Positions 1-12,696 of a DNA stretch of 64,000 nucleotides are shown piece by piece. The stretch's first letter is position 1. Every line of letters begins with the position of its first letter. The notes below the pieces were generated by a model. The model made no database searches and was not told the DNA's origin. It saw only the letters and a list, made by a program, of their open reading frames with translations. Origin of the DNA: Podarcis erhardii (Eukaryota); the NCBI GenBank assembly GCA_964252035.1, contig OZ176200.1. The stretch is one strand, 5' to 3'. The translations under genes and the position numbers were made by a program.

Positions 1-2619
1 GCTCCCCCCCCCCCCCGCCACCAAATGCCCATGAATGAAAGGGTAGGGCACACCATAGTGAAAGAACTGGAATGTTACAGTCATTGATCAGGCCATTCCC
101 ATTTCCTCCACAAAGCCACAACTGGAGGTAGCCAAGAGGACCTCAGTCTAAGTGCCTGGTGGCAAAATAGTGGCTCCTATCCAAGGCCATTTCCACTGTA
201 ACCTGAAACACTGAAACTCATTCTGTTTCTCTTGACTCTCTTCCTGTGACTGGGACTTTCATCACTGAATCATTGTGGAAATCAGACACGCAGCACACCA
301 GGGTGTGTGATGCCTTAGTGAGCATAAGAGGGAAGGTCCCTGCTTTCAGGGACTTACAGTCTAAAAATTAAGGGTACTGGGAATTGTGCAGAGGAAACTA
401 CAGCTCCCAAGATTCTTTGCAGGACCTCATGTGCATTGAATGTGCTTTGAATGTGTGCTGTGGATCTGCTAGGAAGCAAGGAAATGACCAAGGAAGGGAA
501 AGCTGGGAAGGGGGCACAGTGATTAGGAAAGCAATAAATGATTGTTTCAGTTAGATGTGTTTAGGCTTAAATTACAGAGTTATAGAGAGAGGGTATGCCA
601 GCGAAGGAGTTGCGCCTTGTGGTGGCACCAGAAAAAAAGGGTGGGTGGGTATAGAAGGGGCAAAATATATTTCTATGTGTATGAGTTGTGTTCCACATAT
701 TAAGAACTCTGAAAGAAAAATAACAGTCTACAATTGGGGGGGAGCTCCTTTTGGGGGGGGTGCTCCCCCCCAGTACTGCCCATGGTTCTGCCAGAGTTCT
801 AATAAATAGGTGGGTTTTGAGGAGAGATTTGAAGCGCTTAAATTGGAGGGAGGGATGAAGATGGGGGAAAGAGCTCAGGGATGGCATGGCGGGGAGGGGA
901 GGGGAGCGGCTAGATGCACCATCAAGAGCCAGGGATGGGAAACCTAAGCCTCAGAGAGTAGAAATCGGATGCAGAGGAGACTGAAGAACTGACAAAGCAG
1001 GGAGAGCTTTGGGCAAGAGCAGGATCATCCAGGACTCTGTTGGATCCTGTGTCATTATTTCCCAATTCCTGCCTAGGTTAGCTTTTTCTTCCTTCTGGGA
1101 GCCCCCCTCGTTATCAAGCATTTTGAACAACAAGTAGGTGATCCCTATCTAGGATGCTCTCCTGTTGCAGGGAGGGAGCCATCCTGTCTGCCTGGGATTG
1201 GCAAGGGTCTGGAGATGTGCCTGGTCACTGACACAGACCGATCAGCACATCAAAGGAGGGTCTGGTGAGCACCCATTTCCTGCCTTCCTTCTGCAGCTCC
1301 TTGGATGAGGTCATTCAAGAAGGGGAGGGGGAGGCAAGGGAGAGGAGAGGAGAGAAGAGGGATTCGCCTGAACTGGAGAGGCACTCATGGACTTCTTGCA
1401 TCTCAGTCCAAATGCATCCCCCCCTCCCGCAATCCCCCACCATAGGACAGCACCTATGCTCCCCCCCCCCTTAGCAGGAAGCAGCCGAGAGGGAATTTCC
1501 CATTCTGCTGGGGGCTGCAGGAAGCGCAGCAGGAAATGTGTGCTATGTCTGTGCATAACCCACCCATATCTCAAGGTGTGTAAGCTTGCCAGTAGATGAG
1601 ACATGCCCTGAATGAACAACTTCGATTCAATGATGTCACTAGCTCCATATGAGTCAGACCTGCTTTATCAAAATATAAATAGACAGGAGCTTCTGCCTGA
1701 AGGCAACACCTACCTTACTCATGATGGCTTCATGCACCATATTTGGGGTGGGATCTCCCCAGATGCACAATTCTACAATTCTATGATTGTCTCTAGGTTG
1801 ATTGCTCATCCTTTTCCCAGTCTAGGATCATTTTGCATGAAGTGCTCTCTCCGATTTTTGATAGCTCTCCCATATCTCCTTTCGATCAGAGCATAGGGAA
1901 TGGTTTTGTAGCGAGTCGTGCCATTATTCCATCTACCTCAATGTTGTCTGCACCAACTGGCAGCAGCTTTCCGGGATTTCAGCCGAGCTGTCCCCAGGCC
2001 TATCTGGAGGTGCTGGTGACTGAACCTGGGACCTTTTGCATCCATGGGAGGTGCTGTGCCCTTTGAACTGCAGACCTCCTTTTCTGGTCCTTGGGAGATG
2101 TTGTCCAATCTTGAAATTCCTAATTTTGGAGATCTTAGAACAAAAGATTTATCCCTCTGCCTATTTCTTTCTTTCTTTTTGGCACACTAACCAAGCCATA
2201 CACTTTCTCCTATGGTTTGTTTTGTTGATTTCTTGCATATATTTCCCAGATTTCCTCCAAGGAATTCCAAGTGGCTTACATAGTTTCCCCTGTTTCCATT
2301 TTATCCTCACAAGAACCCTAACAGCTGGGTTTGGCATAAGGCCATCCAGTAAGCTTCATGGTTGAGTGGGGATTTGAACCCAAGACCTCTGCAGTCTGAC
2401 ATCCTGAGCATAGTGATAATATTTTTATGTGACTAAGTACAGTACTGTTTCACTCAGACTTTGCAAAATGTATATGAAGTCTGAGATAAATGAAAAATAC
2501 CAACTCTTTCCACGCCCATAGCCATATTTACAAATCCGTTTCCGACCACAATTCTTCCAGTTTTTCTAATGATTTCCAATAGTAACTCCTACAGTCCAAA
2601 TCTGTACTGTTATGAAAGA

Positions 2620-2790
2620 ACAACCAAGAGACTTGTAGCATCTAGAAGATTGTAGATTTATCATGGCATAAGCTTTTTTTGGACTAAAGCCCACAACATC
2701 AGATGTGAACTCTCTAACCTATGAAATCTTATGCCACGATAAGGCTTTAAGGTGACACAAAACTCTTTGCTGTTTTTGCTGCCATAAGAC
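2620..2790. mobile_element. Degenerate Penelope-like terminal remnants, apparently in inverted arrangement
   Basis: Minus strand tctgatgttgtgggctttagtccaaaaaaagcttatgcc and plus strand ...ttatgccac...ctttaaggtgacacaaaactctttgctg resemble the 48131 element type. Confidence 0.45.
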
Positions 2791-5670
2791 TTAACAGGGA
2801 TACCCCTCTGGAATGATGCTTTGATGAATCTGCCTTAGTTAGCTGTGGTGGGGAACTCATTTTTGTGTGTGTTACGGTTTCTCGCCTGTCTCATCAAATC
2901 AGGAGGTTGTCTAGCTTTCATGGTAATGATGCATAAGAGTGGATTGCATTTCCTTTGGGTTTAGGTTTTGATCTTTTAGCGCTTAGCAATGCATGGAATT
3001 GTGGTTGCATTGGTTGAGGTGACTCCTCAAAACTGAGAATTGTCCTCTGGATGGTTAACATCTGCGGCGTATAGTTTTGCTTTGCAGCTGTTGCTCTAGA
3101 GCTCTGCACGCAAATATCTATCTTATTTGTGCAGAGCTGTAGGCAAAGGAATCCAACTTATCTGAGTCATCTCACAATCCAGAGACAAGGAACTTACAAC
3201 ACTGCAGATGCTGCTAGGCCACATTTCTCATCATTTCTGGCGTTCGGCAATGCTAGCTGAGGACATGAGAGTTGAACTCCACCAACATCTAGTTCCCCAC
3301 CCCTGCCATAATCTCAGACATATTCCATGGCAGTCATGTTACTTTGAGTAAGATTTGCTTCAATATTTTATTAACCGGCTGCCAGGAAAGGAAGTTTTTG
3401 GAGGTTAATATCTTACGATAGCCCCACAACTTACACAGGTGTTACATTCTGGGGATCGGGCCTAAAGCCAAAATCATGTACTGTATGGTCAAAACCCATT
3501 GGGTTCAGTGGTGGGTGGGATTGCCAAATACATTTTTTCCAGAACCCCTCCCTTTTCTGTTCCCCCTTCTTATGTATTTAACTTTCCCTCCATTCATGTA
3601 AAGCTGAATGCACACAAGTTAAATGCATGCAAGTTGCAGGCTTACTGTATTCATGTTGATCAGCTTGCATGGCTATTAAAATGTGTCAGTTCATGAATCC
3701 CCAATGTGAGGATGGGTTCTGGTTTCTTCCAGACCAAGCGTACAATGGGCAATCTGCCTGATTTACTTCCGTAAGAGTTGTGTGAAGGTTATGCGATGTT
3801 GCCATCAAGGTGTTACTATCCTTTGCTTTTCCACTGTACTGTAGTTTTCTGTCGCTTTTCTTACCCCTCAAAAGTTTGACTTTTTTCTTTGCCAGGGCAG
3901 GCAGGAGGGAGTGGATTTGTTGTGCAAGAGAGGTTTTATTTAGCTGTTGCTACTTGTTGCAATGTGTCCACTCTCTTCATGGTGGGTTGTGAATGTGCAC
4001 TCTGCTTGCTCAAAGGACATCTACCTGAATGTGTGTCATGAGATAGGCTCCAGCCAATCTTCAGATTTGGACCTCAAGATAAACAGATCCTGCAAATCTT
4101 TCTTATCTGCCCCAGGAGCATGTGTTTGTGGTAGAAATGAATTTGAAGGAATGCCTGTCCAGGAAAGAAATAATTTCACAACTTGAACAGTTCTGCAGTC
4201 CTCTACTGATGTTCCTGTAACAACTGTTACTTTATGCTAGAGACTTCTGTGATTTGCTGGTTTGCTTTTGTGGTGCTCTTCATATGAATAAAAGCAATAA
4301 AACTGTGTTGGGTTCTTATTTAAACAAAAGCAAAAACCAGTTTGCAACTATTATCTTTTTATTTCACAGGATTTCTATACTGCTTCATTGCAATATAACC
4401 TCAAAGAGATTTCCAAGGATAAAATAATAAAATAGTCAGGTTGTATGCGGTGGTTGTTGTTTTTTTAAAAAAAACCCAGTTAGATGCAACTACTTTAAAA
4501 ATATTCAGAAATAATACACTTTAAAGTTTGCTAAAAACCAGATTAAAACACATGTCAACATTACTGGACGCATTGTCTGGCTACAAACGTGTGCTGCGTT
4601 GCTCTGACAGTGCTGGAAGAGAGAGGGGCTTGGGCATTGCTCAGCTCTGGTCTTCTGCATTTTCAATCAGTGACCTTTTCTGGACTTGTTTCCACCCCCT
4701 CTCCATGTTGCTTTTGAAGGAATTAGGCCTGGCTCCCTTGAGATAGGATCGTATTCACACCAGCTGTGCCCTTGCTCTGGTGGAATGAGATTAAGGGGGT
4801 GTGAGAGGCTTTCACAGGATCACACTGGGGACCTGTGACACCTGCTCCCACCAGAAGAGAAGGGGATTGCCTAAAGGGCATTGCTATCCCAGTCAAAGCT
4901 GCCCACTGGCTGGCATTCCTAATGTAAAATGTTTCTGACTGCAAGCCGAGAACAGGCAAGGACAATCCAATGCAATAGCTGCCTCTTCCAATAGCTTGGG
5001 CAGTGGCTGCTGACTTTGTAGTAGATGTGGTCTGCCCTAAGTGGATATCATTTACACCCTGGTATCTCTAGGGTCCTCCTAACTCTTAAGGAGCTCTAAC
5101 GTCAACCACAACAATAAAAGCAGCAGCAGCAATGTTAATGATGACGTTAGACCATGGTTTGCTTGTTTATTATTAAATGTTAACTTTATTGGGAAGACAA
5201 ACTGCATAATGCCATCACCTGTCTCCATAGATATAAGCTTGTCCCATCCAAAATGGTCCAAATGAAATGGGGATTTGATCCCCTATTCCAGACCATCTTC
5301 AGTTCACAAGCGTTTCACTCAGCAATGTACGAGCTGCAAACGTGCTTCATTCGCCCAGCATTATTAATTACTTCTCCACACCCCATTTTTATGAGAAGTT
5401 TTGCTAACCATAAGACTGTTTGAGGAAATATCTTGTGAACATATCCCCTTATTGGAGGAGGGGTGTGGAAGAAAGTGTGGTCTCCTTGGTTGTATTGAAT
5501 GCTAAGCCTTTGCTCTCTTGGTTTGGGTGTAGGACGGGGTGATGGGATTTTGTGTCTTCCAGTTTCCATTTGTGATGGCTGATGAGCTTTGGTGAGAACC
5601 TGCTTCAGTTGCACACCCTTCATTATGAGGTGATATACTTCAGCTCGTTCCTAATATTATTTTAAATATA

Positions 5671-5868
5671 CAGTCGTACCTTGGAAGCTGAACGGAATCT
5701 GTTCCCAAAGTCCGTTCTACTTCCAAAATGTTCAGAAACCAACATCCTGCAGCCGATTGGAAGCCACGCTGGACGTTTGACTTCTGAAAATCGTTCAAAA
5801 ACCAGAACACTCACTTCCGTGTTTTGATCGTTCGGGAGCCGAGGCATTTGAGAGCCAAGGTATGACTG
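5671..5868. mobile_element. Tc1/mariner-type MITE, family C
   Basis: TA flanks; TIRs CAGTCGTACCTTGG and CCAAGGTATGACTG. Confidence 0.82.
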
Positions 5869-6051
5869 TATCTCACTAATGAGCTAATATCCTTGCTTTT
5901 ACCTAGTGGAGCTGAACATCTGTTTGTGTCCCTGTAAACTCAGTGTGCAGAAGGTCTATTGGAAAAGATTCTTCAGCTTCACCATACGCTGATATTTGAC
6001 TTAGGGTGCATAGAGAGGAACCAGGTTTACAAGTGGCAAAAAAATAAAATA

Positions 6052-6293
6052 CAGTGGTACCTCGGGTTACATACACTTCAGGTTACATACACTTCAGGTT
6101 ACAGACTCCGCTAACCTAGAAATAGCACCTCAGGTTAAGAACTTTGCTTCAGGATAAGAACAGAAATCGTGCTCCTGTGGCACAGCGGCAGCAGGAGGCC
6201 CCATTAGCTAAAGTGGTACTTCAGGTTAAGAACAGTTTCAGGTTAAGAACGGACCTCTGGAACGAATTAAGTACTTAACCCGAGATACCACTG
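6052..6293 (+). mobile_element. Tc1/mariner-type MITE, family A
   Basis: TA flanks; TIR CAGTGGTACCTCGGGTTA with 1 mismatch; similar copies at 21135 and 58520. Confidence 0.88.
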
Positions 6294-6659
6294 TAATAAT
6301 AAAAAGGCACTGCTGAAATTGTATTCTTTATGAAGCAATATATCTCCCAAAGTCTGGCATATTTTCTATCTCTTCAAGCCAGCTCAGATGAAATGTGTCT
6401 GTCTCTGGTACAGTTAGAAGCTTTGATATTACCTCTTCCTGGCTTGGCATTGTTGTTTGGCTGCATAAGTTCATACTCAGAACGGCAAGCAGAAATGAGC
6501 TGATGATGTAATGGCTGGTTTGGGTCATGCATAGTGTGTGTGTGTTTGTGCATGGAGTAGATACCACATTTTTGTTGCAATTGCAGTTGCAGAATAAATA
6601 GAGTAGTTTGGGTTGATCTAGGAAACATTTCTACAATTAGCGGTGGCTTTGTGCTGGCA

Positions 6660-6772
6660 CAGGGATGAGGAACCTGTGGCCCTACAAATGTTGTTGAACA
6701 ATGGTCAATGGCCAGGAATGATGGGAGTTGTAGTCCAGCGGTATCTCGCAGGCCTCAGGTTCCCCACCCCTG
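6660..6772. mobile_element. Degenerate palindromic hAT-type MITE; related copies near 3190-3306, 14279-14412, 22355-22490 and 63682-63805
   Basis: CAGGGATG(A/G)GGAAC...GGTTCCCCACCCCTG termini; no intact TSD at the copies checked. Confidence 0.6.
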
Positions 6773-9015
6773 GACCACAGCAGGTCTGAAGTGAGTTGAG
6801 AGTTCAACAACATCTGGAGGGCCACATGTTTTCCATTCCTGGGCTGTCAGAACACACTTTCACTGCAGAAGGTTAGGCAGGACACCCAGTTGAAATCACC
6901 GCCACCCTTTCAGTAATTTGTAGTGCCTTTCCTGGCCAGGGCTAGACATCTTTTGTGCTTCTGCAACATCTTCATTTCATGGCTTGCCTGCTGTTCCCCT
7001 TCCAGCAGCCTGCTCAGCTTTTTCTAGCAACTGGAGTCTTGTCTAGCAGGAAGTGTCCATCTGCACAGAGAAGTTGGTGCCCCTGAGTCAAAGCCAACAA
7101 GATGTCATCACCTTTGACCACTGGCCAAGCTGGGTGGGACTGATGGGAGTTTTTACAGCAACTTCTGGAAGTCATCACATTGACTTTCCCTGCCCACTGA
7201 CCAGTTCAGGTTTTTTGATGCTTCTGTGCACGTCCAACAGATTCATCAGATCAAGCCTTTCTGATCATGGAGGAGGCAATGATGGAAGAGCCTTCCTCTA
7301 CTGTAGCCTTTGCCTTCCAGATTGTTTGATCAACAACTGATAGCATCCTGGCCATTGACCACACAGATTGAGTCTGATGCGGGTTGTATTTCAAAACATG
7401 GAAGGCACCAGGTCGAGTCTACTGCCCTTCTCACTGTAATGCAGTTGGTAAAAGTACACCCCCTCCCCCCAAAAAAGCGTGAGGGAAGAAAATGTTGCAA
7501 ACCTTTTGATACCTGGGACTGGCTCACTCACAACCACCTCCTTCATTGGCTTCCCTGCATTGTAGTTGCTGTTTACCACTCCCCCCACTAACAGCAGCTC
7601 TGAAGCATGTGAGCCCTAGGACGCAGGGATCAATAGTCCTCCCTTCCAATGGGCAAATCTGCTTTTGAAGCCTCATACTGCCTGCGTGGAGATTGCCCAT
7701 TATTTATACTAGATAGTAAAGTGCCCATTCCCCTTCTTGAAATCATGGTGTGGAATTAACTAGTTATTGACCATGCTTTATAAATTGGCAGCACTGTGCT
7801 AAAAAGAGGATTTTCCAGTCACTAAAGGTAAGAGATAATGTGGTTCCTTGTGACACTTAAGAACCACCAAAGTGAAATAAGCATCATCAGTGCATGTGTA
7901 GGGTAATTGCAAGTTACCTAAACACTCCCCCTGCCCCTTGCCCTGGCCTGCATCTTTTCCCAAGACTGTGCTACTAGAGCCAGCTCTGGCACTCTGCTGC
8001 CTCCTAGGGAAATTCACAAGAAGTACATAAAAATAAACGTAGCTGTTTTGGTCCATAAGCACAATCCAAAATCCACAGCTGGACAGTTCCTTTTTGGGGG
8101 ACCAACCCAAAGGCCAGAAAATCATGGCAAGTTTTGAGGTCTCTAGAACTCTTAATCAGGAAAGATGTTACACAATTTGGGGTGGGGGAGAAAAGATAAA
8201 GGTGCCAAAATTAGGCTGGATGTTGTAGCCTATAGCCATGAGGTCAGCTCTGTAGATTCAGTTCTAAGATTGGGGTCACAGACTGAATACAGTTCTGTAA
8301 CTGACATAGAGTTTCGTAGCAGAGTAAGGCAAGAAGCTGTTACGGGCCATAGTATGAAGCAAATCTTCATGGCCTGTTCTGCCTTTAAAGCCAGCTGTTG
8401 GAGAGAGCTACTCCCTATTCATGCTACATCCCGCAGATGTAAGAGCAGACACCTGGATATCAGAGCACCATTGCTGCTATCAGTTTTCTGCCTTCTTCTC
8501 CTGATATGAGAAGAATACATGCGTAGTCAGCAAGCCTTGTAGCTGTATCAGACGAAGTGCACTCTGGTTCACAAAAGCATGTGCCATAATAAATTTGCCA
8601 GCCTTTAAGATGTGGGGTAAGTACAAAGCTCTTTGCTGTTTATGCTGCAACAGACAGTGACCCCTCTGGAAACCATACTTAAGGTTACCCAAGAATGGGG
8701 CAAAGAAGCAAAATGGTTTTTAAAAAATAAAAATGAAGGGCTGAAAAAGGATCCTGGTTCTCAAGCAGGGATCCAGTGTTTATGCTAGAGAAACAGGGAT
8801 TCTTACCACAACTTTTATGAGGCCCACCTAAAAAGAGTAAAGGTGAAGAAACTCAGGCCCAGGAGTCTAACGCATACCTTCAAGCTCTTGGAACTTTTCC
8901 CAAGCCACCCTGCTCACCCCTCCCCTATACCATGCCCCCCCCCATATGCTTTTGCCAGGCTGGCATGTGGCAAAACCTCTTGCTTACATGGATGCAGGAT
9001 GGGGAGCTGTGCCTG

Positions 9016-9035
9016 GTGTGTGTGTGTGTGTGTGT
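9016..9035. repeat. (GT)n microsatellite
   Basis: Read directly from the sequence. Confidence 0.9.
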
Positions 9036-9145
9036 TGAGCCCTCTAACATTTGTGCAGCTGGAATAAAGCCTACTGTAGAAAGATGAGCCACATCCGTTA
9101 CTTTGCCCATGTTTGCTTCTTGTCCAAGCCTACCGCTGGCACATG

Positions 9146-9149
<4 letters not shown>

Positions 9150-9178
<29 letters not shown>
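9150..9178. repeat. (CA)n microsatellite
   Basis: Read directly from the sequence. Confidence 0.95.
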
Positions 9179-9180
<2 letters not shown>

Positions 9181-9840
9181 CAGATGGTTGCATGTGAAGT
9201 AATGTGTCCCTTGGGTTGGAAAGGTTTCCCCACCCCTGCTATAAGCACTAATCACCGCAAGACCCTTCACTGTCCCTGGACAGTGTCTCTCCCAAAGAAC
9301 GCACTCTGTGCATATTTTGCCAGAGAGCCTGCTCTGGTGGTTCTTCCTGGCTAAGGCCCCTGCCTTCCCCCTTGTTTCTCCAGGAAGGTAACAAATCCTC
9401 ATTCCACAATGCCTTTGCTGTGCTAGGATGTTGATTCTCACACACAGAGAGAAGTTCCTCTTTTTTTCAGAACTCCAGGCATCTGATCACTTCCCTGTTA
9501 CCAACCGCCAGGGGAACATTTATTCATTTGCATGTCTGTTTTCTAAACCTGAACATTTACCCCTCCCCAGGTGACTCTTTGTTAAGCACTAGGCAAAAGG
9601 AAGATGATGTGTGGTCCAAGGCAGCAGGGAGGTGGGGGGTCAGTGGAAGTGAAACGAGAAAAGGACCAGGTGCATGTTGTGGAGAAAAGATTCCAGTTTA
9701 GGAAATTTCCGTAAGATTTTGAAGATATCTTCTTCAGCCAAGAAGATAGGCCATCCCCGCAGATTTCTCAATTTTGGGGGGCTACAGACTGAGAAGCTCC
9801 ATACAATTACAGTCTATTATCATCCATTCTCCCTCCCAGT

Positions 9841-10200
9841 GGGTGGCGCTGTGATCTAAACCTCTGAGCCTCTTGGGCTTGCCAGTCGGAAGGTCGGCGG
9901 TTCAGTGGGTGAGCTCCTGTTGCTCTGTCCCAGCTCCTGCCAACCTAGCAGTTTGAAAGCACACCAGTGCAAGTAATTAAATAAATACCGCTGCAGCGGG
10001 AAGGTAAATGGCATTTCCATGTGCTCTGGTACTTGTCACGATGTCCCATTGTGCCAGAAGCGGTTTAGTCATGCTGGCCACATGACCCGGAAAGCTGTCT
10101 GTGGACAAAGGCCAGCTGCCTCAGCCTGAAGGGAGATGAGCGCTACACCCCATAGTCGCCTTTGACTGCACTTAACTGTCCAGGGCTTCTTTGCCTTTTT
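9841..10200 (-). mobile_element. Sauria SINE
   Basis: Reverse-complement match to the copies at 14479 and 27241 (gggtggcgctgtg...tagtcatgctggccacatgacccgg...). Confidence 0.85.
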
Positions 10201-11157
10201 TATTTTTACATCAATTGTGACCAGGGAAAGCAGACCTTGGCAACAAGGTCACAAGGTAAAGAAAAGAAGTTTCTGTGTGACACTGCTGCCTTAGGAGTAC
10301 ATTTTTGCAAGTTCGGCTTGTTCCACAGGGATGAGGAAAAGCTCACTTTTAATACTAAAGGAGCATTGTCTTCCTTGGCATCCGGTCCTTTGACCCTGTT
10401 AGTTCTGGCACAGGAATCTCCCTTTTTACGAGTACTCCCTTGCTAGCGTGGCTGGCTTATGCCAACTGCAAGCTTTGCACCACTGATTACAGCTAAAGTT
10501 GTAAGGACTGAGTTCCCCTGTTTCAGTGCTGAAAGCATGTCCCAACATGCTGTGTCCATGGCAAAGGGTGTTTATTTGTCCCTCTGTGCAGTGAGACATA
10601 ACCTGGTTCTTCTCTTCAGGTGACTGCTGTTCCTGGAGGTGGTAAGTTCCCAACTGCAGAGTGTGTTGGGGAGCCATGGAGGAAGTTTGAGATAAGGGGG
10701 AACTGGGTGTACTTTTCATACAGAGGGGGAGGGGTGGGGAAATGGCACCTCTTTGGACCACAGACGCCTTTGTGTCTCAATACTTACTCTGGTTGCATTA
10801 TCACTGACATGAGGGTTATAGCTTCCAGTGGAGAACAAGAGCAACAGAATTACTGAATTTTGATGGCCCAGGGCCCACCGTATCAGATGCTTGAGGTGTT
10901 ATCCTCAGTTGGTATTAAGTGGGTGTACACAAAGGTATAAAGAGATTTTGTAAATAGTGAATTGTCACAGGCTGCTATTTTTTGCATTTCATTGCCGTTT
11001 GACTCCACTGTGTACACACCTCTTTATTTTGAGGGTTGCCTTGTTCTGCTCACAATCCTGTGTATTTAACAACTGCAGTGACAGGGAAAGCTTTGCCTGC
11101 TGAGTTGCTTTTCACAACTTACCTAACCTTTCCCCATTCTACTTTCTCAGGCTGCTG

Positions 11158-12354
11158 ATGGCATCGATGGAAGCCTTGTATACTGCTCTGCAAGATCAGA
11201 TCCAGTCCTTTGAGGGACACATAAGAAGCTGCCAGCAAGCTTTTGACATTGACACCCTTTACAATGTGTTGCTGCTCCTGTCCCCTGCTGCAGATATCCA
11301 GAGCCTCGAGCAGCTGGAAAAGCTTGTTGAGTCCAGAGAGCAGGGTGGACAGGATAGAGTGAGGATCACAGCTGGCTGTGATAAGTGTGACATTGCCAGC
11401 TATATCTCCTGGTTTGTCACCTATGTGCGGTACCTGGGCTCCTTGAAAGGGTCATTTGACACCAAGGTTGTGCTTCCATTGTGTGAAAACCTGTACGTTA
11501 ATGATGACTCGCTTGATGCATTGACCTTTGGACACAGGAGAGGACATGGCCTTCGTGCCCCAGCATCCGTTGCACGCACAGCCAAGCAGTTGTTCTCTGT
11601 CAGGAGGAAATGGGCTTTGCTCCTGAAAGGGGACACAATTGATGCACAGTTTTTCAGCCCCCAAAGCTGGCTTGATGTGCAGGGCTTTGGCAGTGCCTGT
11701 CCCTTTGGGAAGGTCTTGAGGTTGGTTCCTGATCTCTTTCACAAGGGCTTGGCTACTGCCCAGCTTGCCAGGCTGTGGGTGGAGCGCCATGCCAGCAACC
11801 ATGGCACCCGCCCAGTGCCCTCAGATCTAGGCTCAACCAAAAGAGGCAAAGGACTGGCTGTGGGCAGCTTGGGACACCATGGATACAACAGTTCCCTTTG
11901 CCAGCCTGGACTACTGCAAGCCCAACATGATTGCTTGGAGGTTTGGCCGCCGCCGCAAGCCACCAGCAGCAGGAGCAGCAATGAGAGGGGCACCTGCATG
12001 AGAAGTGTCAGCCAGGGAAGGAACGAGCTGCACGAGATCCATGGGGAACTCATGTCCCTGATGTGGCGGGAGGAACGTTCTCTGAGCTTGGAAGCAGAGA
12101 TTCAGGAGGTAAACCAGAGCATTTCCAACCTGCGGCATCACCGGGTGGCTAAGGAAAGGGAACTGGAAGCCCTTGAGCAGCAATTGGAGAAAGACCATTT
12201 GAGTGTGCCCTGCCCACAGCGCCAGGCTGTTCTCTGTGAGCTGGATGCCTTGGGGAGGCAGCTGAGGCTGGAAGAATACCGCAAGAACATCCTGCAAGGT
12301 GACTGGCTGTTAGAGTTGGAGGTCAGGCCAGTCCTTATGCGACCAATAAATACA
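11158..12354 (+). CDS. Uncharacterised gene, large coding exon (399 codons): helical N-terminal region, low-complexity linker and C-terminal coiled coil
   Basis: 1.2-kb uninterrupted ORF with protein-like composition. CTAAC branch point (11123-11127), polypyrimidine tract and acceptor ctcag| at 11150; ctgATGG start; donor ACA|gtaaga (phase 0). Confidence 0.8.
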
Positions 12355-12609
12355 GTAAGAAGCTAGGAAGTTAACCAACTGTGGGACCCAAAGGTGGGCA
12401 GTATGCTGCCAGCCCAGAAACAGAGCGGGCTAGATCCCTTGCAGCTGGAAGGTGGTGGGCCTGTGGCTGCATGGAACTGGGGCTCGGGTGGAACCAAAAA
12501 GCGATGAACGCAGGGATTCAAAAGGGAGAATAGCAATCTTGAGACAAAGGATGGAAAAATTCAGTCCCCTTTGAAAGATGAAATGTGTGTCTTTTTATCT
12601 TTCTTCCAG

Positions 12610-12696
12610 CTGCAGGAACGCTTCCAGGGGCTTGCACAGCTATTGCAGGGTAGGGAAGAGGTTCCCCTGGATCTTCAGCTCGCCAGTGAAACATAG
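12610..12696 (+). CDS. Uncharacterised gene, terminal coding exon (LQERFQGLAQLLQGREEVPLDLQLASET*); total 427 aa
   Basis: Strong acceptor tctttttatctttcttccag|CTG in phase 0; continues the heptad-like sequence; ends at TAG. Confidence 0.65.
   Translation: MQERFQGLAQLLQGREEVPLDLQLASET

Noticed and set aside
730-775. GGGGGGAGC...GCTCCCCCC inverted repeat
   Set aside because: The 9-bp arms are low complexity; probably a TE remnant or chance.
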